A stretch of DNA of 40,000 nucleotides, from positions 121,379-161,378 of the forward strand of contig CAWIJL010000019.1 of the NCBI GenBank assembly GCA_963836405.1, written 5' to 3'. Source of the DNA: an uncultured Solibacteraceae bacterium (GTDB taxonomy: Bacteria; Acidobacteriota; Terriglobia; Bryobacterales; Bryobacteraceae). How positions within the stretch are numbered: position 1 is the stretch's first letter; every line of letters begins with the position of its first letter. A program made the position numbers and the translations under genes. Below the pieces are notes generated by a model. The model was not told where the DNA came from. It did not search any database and saw only the letters and a list, made by a program, of their open reading frames with translations. Positions 32,828-40,000 of this stretch are shown one piece after another.

Positions 32828-34087
32828 TTAGGTCTCAGGCAGCGGCGGGGCGGCCTTCGGGAGAATGCCCAGCTCGCGGTAGATGGGCCGGATTTCGCGG
32901 CGGATCCCCGGCAATCTCATCGAGAACCAGAGGGCGCCTGCGAGGCACAGGATGCCGCCGCAGACGATCGTGGCGGGCGCGCCGATTCTGCCCGCGACGA
33001 AGCCGGCGGCGAGGCTGCCGAAGGGCGCCAGTCCTTGAAAGGCCATCAAGTAATAGGCCATCACCCGTCCGCGCTTGTCCTCGTCAACGATGGTTTGGAC
33101 GATGGTGTTGCTGGATGCCATGTGGCGCATCATGCCGAAACCGGCGGCGGCGACGGCGGCGAGCGAAAGCGGGAGCAGCCGCGAGAACCCGAGCCCGATC
33201 AGCCCCACGCCGAAGAGGCCGGCCGACCAGACGATGACTCTGCCCAGACCCAGAACGCTCCTGCGCATGGCCAGCGCGACGGCTCCGGCGAGCGCACCGA
33301 GACCCGCCGCCGCCATCAGAAACCCTAGCGTGTGCGGGCCTCCGCCCAGCACCGAAGTGGCGAAGATCGGCATGAGAACCGTGTAGGGCATGCCGACGAC
33401 GCTCACCAGCGTGAGGAACAGGAGGACCGAGCGAATGGCGCGCGATTCGGTGACATATCGCCAGCCTTCCTGCATCTCTTGGACGAGGTTGCGCGAGGCC
33501 GGACGGGGCTTGGCCGGAGGACGGCGCATGGCCAGCAGCGACGCGATCACGGCCACGTAACTGATACCGTCGATGAGGAAGCAGTAGCCCTCGCCCACGG
33601 CGGCGATGAGCATTCCCGCCACGGCCGGCCCCACCAGCCGCGCCGCGTTGACCATGGAGGAATTCAGCGCGATGGCATTACCAAGGTCCTCGCGCTGCTC
33701 GATCATCTCGACCACGAACGACTGGCGGGCCGGCATGTCGAAGGCATTGATCGCGCCCTGGGCCAGCGCCAGCAGCAGGACCTCCGCGATGGTAATCACA
33801 TGGGCGAGCGCCAGGGCCGCCAGCGCGAGCGACTGCAGCATGGACAGAATCTGCGTGATCACGAGCGTGCGATGGCGGTCCCAGCGGTCCACCCAAACGC
33901 CGGCGATGGGGGTCAGGAACAGAATCGGGATCTGGCTGGCGAAGCTGGTCAACCCGAGCAGAAACGGAGAATCGGTCAGGCGGTAAACCAGCCAGCTCAT
34001 CGCGACGCGCGTCATCCAGGTGCCGATGAGGGAGACGATCTGGCCTTCGAAGAAGAGGCGGTAATTGCGCGAGTGGAGCGCCCGCAA
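32828..34087 (-). CDS. MFS transporter (efflux-type, 12 TM)
   Basis: RNYRLFFEGQIVSLIGTWM.., GVWVDRWDRHR loop motif, hydrophobic throughout. TTG start. Confidence 0.85.
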   Translation of the reverse strand: MRALHSRNYRLFFEGQIVSLIGTWMTRVAMSWLVYRLTDSPFLLGLTSFASQIPILFLTPIAGVWVDRWDRHRTLVITQILSMLQSLALAALALAHVITIAEVLLLALAQGAINAFDMPARQSFVVEMIEQREDLGNAIALNSSMVNAARLVGPAVAGMLIAAVGEGYCFLIDGISYVAVIASLLAMRRPPAKPRPASRNLVQEMQEGWRYVTESRAIRSVLLFLTLVSVVGMPYTVLMPIFATSVLGGGPHTLGFLMAAAGLGALAGAVALAMRRSVLGLGRVIVWSAGLFGVGLIGLGFSRLLPLSLAAVAAAGFGMMRHMASSNTIVQTIVDEDKRGRVMAYYLMAFQGLAPFGSLAAGFVAGRIGAPATIVCGGILCLAGALWFSMRLPGIRREIRPIYRELGILPKAAPPLPET

Positions 34088-34172
34088 CAGCAGGCGCCCG
34101 GATGCCAGGATGGAGCGTTCTTTCGGCAGTTAAGGGTCCGGTGCAATCGGAGTGCCGCGGTGGCGTGGCGTA

Positions 34173-34625
34173 CTATGTACCGACGCTGAGCACCAGGATT
34201 GCGAACGCCGCGATCAGGGCACAGGTGCGCAACCAGTGGTAGAGATCCCACCGATGCTGCTGCGCCGCCCAGTTCCCGGGGAGCGATTGCGGGGTCCACG
34301 TTTTGATTCTGTTATTGATTGGAACCAGACCGGCGATGGAAAAGAGGATGGCGCCGACCTGGATGACGAACGCAATCAGGGCCAGCCGCCATGCGGGCTC
34401 GTTCAGATGAGCGAACGGCAGCAACAGGAGCAAATTGAGCAAAGTGGACGCCGCCATCCAGAACGGCATTACACGGCCAAGTAACGCCGCAAGGGACGAT
34501 CGAAGGGGTATGCGCACGGCCAGGGACTGCCGGTTCAGCATGGGATGGGCGAAAGCCGCCACGTTTAATTCGCTTCCGCACATGGCGCCGAGGACAACCA
34601 CGGCCAATATCTGGAGCTCTGTCAC
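34173..34625 (-). CDS. DUF1772 (anthrone-oxygenase-like) membrane protein
   Basis: 150 aa with four TM helices. ..GSELNVAAFAHPML.. and ..WDLYHWLRT.. are typical of DUF1772. Family assignment is from memory. Confidence 0.65.
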   Translation of the reverse strand: MTELQILAVVVLGAMCGSELNVAAFAHPMLNRQSLAVRIPLRSSLAALLGRVMPFWMAASTLLNLLLLLPFAHLNEPAWRLALIAFVIQVGAILFSIAGLVPINNRIKTWTPQSLPGNWAAQQHRWDLYHWLRTCALIAAFAILVLSVGT

Positions 34626-34693
34626 GGGAACCTCCCTCAGCTATGGATGCCGTTCACCTGCCGATCGGATCAGGCTTGGTAGTACCAGTTCTT

Positions 34694-34723
34694 TTGTTGG
34701 TTTGTCTCAAAATCTGACATACT
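34694..34723 (+). promoter_or_regulatory. Putative promoter of the cNMP/Fe-S/FHA/cytochrome cluster
   Basis: TTGTTG (34694-34699), 18 nt, then CATACT (34718-34723), in the AT-richer divergent intergenic region. ATG 34748 is preceded by GGACTGGGG. Confidence 0.3.
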
Positions 34724-34747
34724 GAACCAAATCGCACAGGACTGGGG

Positions 34748-36728
34748 ATGGCAAAAGACGTAATCCTCGCGGCGGACCTGGGGGGGAGCCTGCTTTCTGC
34801 CGAGGAGCTGGCGGCGATTCCGGACTTTGCCGGGATCCGGAAGGAGATCTGGGACAAGTTCCCCGGCGCGATCGCCCGGAAGGAGTATCGCGCGGGCGAA
34901 ATGCTGATGCGGGAGGGCGAGAACGGTACCACGGCCTTCTACATCCTTTCTGGGACGATCGAATCTACTCATTCAGAACCCGGTATCGCGGGCGGAGAGC
35001 CGGCGCTCGAGCGGAGGCGGGTGGCTGTTCGGCAGCCTCTCCAAGATCACCAACTACATGAAAGGCGTTCCGGCAGCGGCCGAGGCGGCGAGCGGGGGCG
35101 CGCACGCACATCCCCATCGACGCGCCGGTGGACCTGCCGATGGACGATCCGATCGCCGAGGTATACGCGGGCGACCTGATCGGCGAACTGGCGGCGCTGG
35201 CGGCGACTCAAGCAGGAGCGGCTCAAGCGGCCCAAGTTCTATCCGCGCTCGGCGACGGCGCGGGCGAAGACGGACGTGGTGGTGCTTGGAGATGCTGCCG
35301 AACATCCTGAACAACGTCCTTTACAATGCGCCGGCCTTCAAGGAGAAGCTGAACCGGAACTACCGGACGCCGCGCGCTCGACAGCCACCTGCGCTCGGTT
35401 CCCGACGTTTCGCAACCTGAGCCCGGAGTTTCTGAACGCGCTGCGGGAACGGGTGGAACTGGTGGACGTGGCGCCGGGGCAGGTGATCTGCCGGCAGGGC
35501 GAGATCGCCGATTCGTTCTACCTGATCCGCATGGGATTCGTGAAGGTCTCGCAGATTTTCCCGGGCGGCGAACTGGTGCTGACTTATCTTTCGCGCGGCT
35601 CGTATTTCGGGGAGATGGGCCTGCTGCCGCCGGTATTTCCGCGTGCGCGCGCGGGGACGGCAAGGCGGGACAGATGGCGGAGGCGGCGGTTTCGAGCGAA
35701 GATCTGCCGGTGGGCCGCGCTCCGGACAGCGGCGGCTGGCGGTGCCGTGGGACGAGTACATTTCGCGCGAGCATGCCGCGCTGCGGGTGGAGGGCAAGCA
35801 GCTTCGCGTGTTACCGCTGCCTACGGGCAAGAATCCGATCACGTTCCGGATGCAAGCCGGTGGAGAGCGCGCTGGTCTCGCCCGGGCGAAAGCTTTCGTC
35901 ATCGGCGAAACGACCTTCGAAGTGATGGAGGATCCGCTGCAGGCCGGCCGGCGCACCGCCACCTGCACGGCGGTGGATTTCGTGCAATTGGTGCGCATCA
36001 AGGCCGACGATTTCGCCGCGATGCTGGGCGGAGTTTCCGGAGGTGGCGGCCGGCATCACGGAGGTCGGCGCGGGCGCGGCGGCAGATGGATCTGCGAACT
36101 GCTCGGGCGCGTGCAGCAGGCCTCGCTTTCGAGCTTTCTCGAACAGGAGCTGATGCAGGGGCAGAACCTGCTGCTGCTCGACCTGGACAAGTGCACGCGC
36201 TGCGACGAGTGCGTGAAGGCGTGCGTCGCCACGCACGACGACGGCGTCACGCGGCTGGTGCGCGACGGTCTGCGCTTCGAGAACTACCTGGTGGCGACCA
36301 GTTGCCGCGCCTGCATGGATCCGCTGTGCATGACGCGCTGTCCGGTGGGTTCGATCCGGCGCAAGGCCACGCTGGACATCGTGATCGAGGACTGGTGCAT
36401 CGGCTGCGGCAACTGCGCGACCGATTGCCCGTACGGCAACATCAACGTGGTGCAGGTACAGGATCCGCGGCCGCAAGCAGAAGGCCGAGCCGCGGCCGAA
36501 AGCGGTGGTGTGCGATCTGTGCGCCGAATTTCCCGGAGCCCAACTGCGTGCGCGCCTGCCCGCACGACGCCGCCATCCGGGTGGAGCCGAAGACGTTCTT
36601 CGCGCGCGACCTGGCGGGCATGCAACTGCCGTGCCCGTACCGGCGGCCGCGCCGTCTGCCCCGGCCGGACGCGTCGGCGGAAGCGGTCGAGACGCGGATT
36701 TACTCCAATGTGGACGAAGTGCTCGAAC
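34748..36728 (+). pseudogene. Protein with two cyclic-nucleotide-binding domains and a 4x[4Fe-4S] ferredoxin domain; reading frame broken about 10 or more times as sequenced
   Basis: CNB1 is pieced from three frames: YRAGEMLMREGENGTTAFYILSGTI / WLFGSLSKITNYMKG / IPIDAPVDLPMDDPIAEVYAGDLIGELAAL / KFYPRSATARAKTDVVVL / EMLPNILNNVLYNAPAFKEKLNRNYR. CNB2: FRNLSPEFLNALRERVELVDVAPGQVICRQGEIADSFYLIRMGFVKVS..SRGSYFGEMGLL ... RTATCTAVDFVQLVRIKADDF. Fe-S motifs: CTRCDECVKAC, CRACMDPLCMTRCP, CIGCGNCATDCP, CDLCAEFPEPNCVRACP. The 3' boundary is uncertain, and this gene may be fused to the next one. Confidence 0.7.
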
Positions 36729-38013
36729 ATGCTGCCGCGGCTGAAGATCGATCTCCGGCCCGCGCGCCGGCGCCTTCCTCCAGTTGCGGTACCCTTCGAC
36801 GACATTCGGACGCGGGCGCGGGCAACGACTACCGCTTTGCCGACGACACGCTGATGTCGCGCGCCCAGGCGGCGATCGTGTGCGAGGGCGGCCGCTTCAT
36901 GCTGCGGGACCTCAACTCCACCAACGGCACGCTGGTCAACGGCAATCCGGTGACGGAGATGGAACTGCGGCCGGGCGACGTGATGGAGATGGGCGAGATG
37001 CAGCTCGAATTCTATCGGGGGCCAGGTGCAATGATCCTGGACCGGCGGACAATCGCGGGCGGCGGCGCTCTCGGCAACTGCGGCGCTGGTGCCTGTCACG
37101 CTCGGCCTACGCCGCGTATGCGGCGGCATCGCCGCAACGGGCGCGCGGGGCGGCTCGTTCATGGGCCTGTTTTTCGCGGCCGCTGGGGACCGGCATCGAT
37201 CGTGTTCGAGTGCCTGCTGGGACTCCGCAAGCGGTATCCGGCCTCGCCGCTGGGCCGGGTGAGGACCTGGCTGCGGGCGCACACTGTGGCTGGGGCTGCT
37301 GGCGTTCCTGCTGATCCTGATGCACTCCGGTTTCCGCTGGGGCGCGGGCCTGGCCGGGCTGCTGATGTGGCTGTTCGCCGCGATCGTCGGGAGCGGAATT
37401 TTCGGGGTGGCGCTGCAGAACTACATTCCGAGGCGAATGACGGAACTGGTGGCGCGCGAAACGATGTTCGAGCAGATCCCGGCCGTGATCCGCGGGCTGC
37501 GCGCGGAAGCCGGCGGAGCGGGTGGAATTCGTCACGGCGGACCTGGGGCTGGAGGAAGAAGAGGCGGAGGAATTCGTCCGCGCCGGCGGGGTGAAGCAGT
37601 ACTTCGATCCGGCGCAGAAGAAGAGCGCCGCGGAAAAGGTGCAGGCGGCAGTCGAGAAGCGCAAGAGTGCGCCGCAGATGGAGGTGGAGGAGAATGCGCG
37701 GCGGGCGCTGCGGGCTCACTTTGTGGAGGAGATCCGGCCGTTTCTGGCGGACCGTCCGGGCGCGTATTGCCGGCAACTGTTTGCTTCGCGGGCGCGGGTG
37801 GCGGCCTATTTCTCGCATCTCCGCACGATCATGCCGGTGGCTGCGCACAACGTGCTGCACGATCTCGAAGAGATCTGCGAAGAACGGCGGCAACTGCTGG
37901 TGCAGCGTCGCCTGCACCTGTGGCTGCACGGGTGGCTGCTGGTGCACGTGCCGGTTTCGTTCGCCTTCCTGGTGCTGATTGCGGCGCACGCGGTGCTGGC
38001 GTTGAGGTACTGA
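36729..38013 (+). pseudogene. FHA domain plus polytopic membrane domain with histidines in its helices; frame-broken, and possibly the C-terminal part of the preceding gene
   Basis: FHA pieces: MLPRLKID / LSGPRAGAFLQLRYPSTTFGRGRG / NDYRFADDTLMSRAQAAIVCEGGRFMLRDLNSTNGTLVNGNPVTEMELRPGDVMEMGEMQLEF. Then TM segments: ..RTWLRAH/LWLGLLAFLLILMHSGFRWGAGLAGLLMWLFAAIVGSGIFGVALQNY.. and ..RRLHLWLHGWLLVHVPVSFAFLVLIAAHAVLALRY*. Stop at 38011-38013. Confidence 0.6.
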
Positions 38014-38014
38014 T

Positions 38015-39295
38015 ATGGCGAAAGAGGAAAAACCTTTCGAATATCAGCGCCGCATTCGCGACACCAAAGGCCTGGCGCAGCGGCTGGACCTGAACTACCT
38101 GCGGCGTGCAGGGGCGATGGCTGTTCTGCGCAGCCGGCTCACGTGGGGAGTAACGGCGCTGGCGGTGCTCGCCTGCGTGCCGCTGGTGCTTGGGCGTAGG
38201 TGGGCGGAAGGCGCTGACGAGCGGGCCGGTTTCGCGGGCGCACGCGTTGCTGGCCGACCGCTGCGAAGCGTGCCATGCGCAGGCGTTTGCGGGAGTAGCG
38301 CGACGCGAGCTGCCGCAAATGCCACGATTCCGGCGCGCACACGATGCATGCCCGCTCGACGCCGCGGTGCGCGCAATGCCATGCGGAGCACCGGGGCGAG
38401 ACCCTGCTGGTGCGGGTGGCGGACGGCAACTGCACGGCGTGCCATGCCAACCTGACGGCGCACGCGAACGGCGTCGACCATCAAAGGGCGGGAGATCACG
38501 GCATTCCGCGCGGGCCGGCATTCCGAATTTGCGGCGGTTTCGGCGCGGGACACGCGGCCCTTGAAGCTGAACCACGCGATACACATGCCTTCGCAGCCGA
38601 AGACGCTCCGCGGGATGAAGCTGCCGATGCAGTGCACGGACTGCCATGCGACGGACCGCGGGTCGCGGGAAGGCGCGCTGCTGCCGGTCACCTTCGAGAG
38701 GAACTGCAAGTCGTGCCACGCGCGGGAACTGGAGTTCGATGTGGATCGCGTGCTGGGGGCGGGGGCCGCTCCGGCGCCTCACGCGAAGGATGCCAACGCG
38801 ATCCGGGAGTACGTGGCGAAGGCGTACCGCGATGCGCTGGCGGCGGATCCGGGAATGGCGCGGCGGCCGGTGGGCAACGACTTGGCGGCGCAGCCCGGCG
38901 CGTCGGCGTGGCTGGCGCGCGTGACGAACGATGCGGAGCGGTACCTGTTCGATCGGAAATGCGGTTACTGCCACGAGGGCGATCCGGCGGCGGCGAAAGC
39001 GGGGCGGATCGCCGGACGATATCCGGAGGGCGTCCGGTGGCTGCCGCACACGGAGTTCGAGCACCGCACCCACCGCCCGGTAGCCTGCGAATCGTGCCAC
39101 ACCGCGGCGCGCGCGAGCGTGAAGACGGCGGACGTTCTGGTTCCTGGCATGAAGACATGTCTTCCGTGTCACGGCCGGTCCGACGCCGGTATGGACCGCT
39201 GTTCCGAGTGCCACCTCTATCACGACCGGAAGCTCGAAAAAGAGCCCGTGCGACAACCCACGGAGAGGCTGATTGCGGTGGGGGTGGCGCGTTGA
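38015..39295 (+). pseudogene. Membrane-anchored multihaem c-type cytochrome (10 CxxCH motifs); three frameshifts in the first 480 nt as sequenced
   Basis: N-terminal anchor LTWGVTALAVLACVPLVLG. Haem motifs: CEACH (38262, frame 0); CRKCH, CAQCH and CTACH (frame 1); CTDCH, CKSCH, CGYCH, CESCH, CLPCH and CSECH (frame 2, ORF 38561..39295). The ATG lies 1 nt after the upstream stop. Confidence 0.75.
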
Positions 39296-40000
39296 TCTAC
39301 GCCGGAATGACCGATCCGGGCCGCAGGCGGGCGAACAACGAGGACGCGTTTGCGATCGAGGCGTCGCTGCACGCGGCGGTCCTGGCGGATGGGATGGGGG
39401 GCGCGAACTGCGGGGAGGTGGCCTCCGCCCTGACGGTGGAGGAGGCCCTGAAATATCTGCGATGTCCGGAGCCGGGGCTGACGCTGGAGGAGATTTGCAA
39501 AGAGGCGGTGCGCGCGGCCAACCTGCGGGTGTTCGCGGAATCGGCCGGGCAGCGGGACTGCCGGGGAATGGGATCGACGGTGGTGCTGGCGCTGTGGCGG
39601 GGCGCGGAACTGGTGATCGGGAATGCGGGAGACAGCCGCGCGTACCTGCTGCGGGGGGGCGTGCTGCGGCAGCTTTCCTACGACCAGAACTTCGCCAACG
39701 AATTGCGGACCAAGCTGGGCTTCACGCGAAGAACGGCTGCGCCACATGCCGAACCGCAACGTGCTCACGATGGCGGTGGGAATTTACGAACAGGTGCTGG
39801 TGCGCACGCAGGTGGAAAGGCTGGCGTGCGGCGACCGGATCCTTTTGTGCTCGGACGGGTTGCACGGGCCGGTATCCGAGGACACGATCTGGCAGATTCT
39901 GATGGGCGGGACGACGGCACGGGAGAAGGTGGAAATGCTGGTGCGGTGCGCCAACGAACGCGGCGGGCCGGACAACATTACGGCGGTCCTGCTGGAGTAT
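39292..40000 (+). pseudogene. PP2C-family Ser/Thr phosphatase; one frameshift near 39727; 3' end outside the window
   Basis: TTG 39292 overlaps the cytochrome stop (GTTGA). (M)IYAGMTDPGRRRANNEDAF..LADGMGG..MGSTVVLAL..IGNAGDSRAYLL. After an extra base near 39727 the frame shifts to ..EERLRHMPNRNVLTMAVG..LLCSDGLHGPV..ANERGGPDNITAVLLEY. Confidence 0.75.

Noticed and set aside
36729-36744. Treating the cNMP/Fe-S gene and the FHA/membrane gene as definitely separate genes. This rests on the ATG at 36729 and a TGA at 36742-36744 in another frame.
   Set aside because: This is left open rather than resolved. The best-looking upstream peptide (..AVETRIYSNVDEVLEH) is in a frame with no stop, and frameshifts around 36728-36752 prevent deciding between a fusion protein and two overlapping genes. 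The features are split at 36729 only for description.
35276-37594. ORF 35276..37594, taken at face value as a single 772-aa protein.
   Set aside because: Only short stretches of it are real coding sequence: CNB2, EPNCVRACPHDAAIRVEP and the FHA core. The rest is Arg/Ala-rich nonsense, and the matching conserved residues sit in the other two frames. It is a composite created by multiple frameshifts.

Overview
High-GC bacterial chromosomal segment. The protein content looks Acidobacteria-like, but that is only a guess. Most of it is ordinary core and accessory metabolism, and about 31 genes are well supported.

Gene content, left to right:
- Xylan-utilisation trio on the + strand: GH3, a GPH symporter and a GH10 xylanase.
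- A short accessory scar at 4.5-5.95 kb (details below).
- An orphan Gly-rich TonB-like gene.
- pepA and acnA.
- A four-gene MacB/DevCBA-type ABC efflux operon.
- A secreted cyclophilin and a 5'-nucleotidase.
- An 11-gene co-directional minus-strand block: tgt, yajC, secD, secF, tonB, exbB, exbD, exbD, a TPR lipoprotein, rel and a DUF971 gene.
- A Tat-signal SDR.
- A minus-strand trio: a rifampicin-phosphotransferase-like PEP-utilising enzyme, an MFS transporter and a DUF1772 protein.

The accessory scar contains a 47-bp perfect duplication of the xylanase 3' end, an AT-richer patch with a transposase-type zinc-ribbon ORF, and an ORF-free hairpin-dense tract.

The most unusual part is 34.7-40.0 kb. 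It is a tightly packed plus-strand cluster that I cannot assign to a described system. It encodes:
- a protein with two cyclic-nucleotide-binding domains and a four-cluster [4Fe-4S] ferredoxin domain;
- an FHA domain joined to a polytopic membrane domain with histidines in its helices;
- a membrane-anchored cytochrome c with 10 CxxCH motifs;
- a PP2C phosphatase.

As sequenced, this cluster is broken by well over a dozen frameshifts, and tgt carries three more. The other roughly 30 kb of genes are intact.

All calls come from reading the translations and DNA by eye. No database search was run. Frameshift positions are approximate, to within about 10-20 nt.
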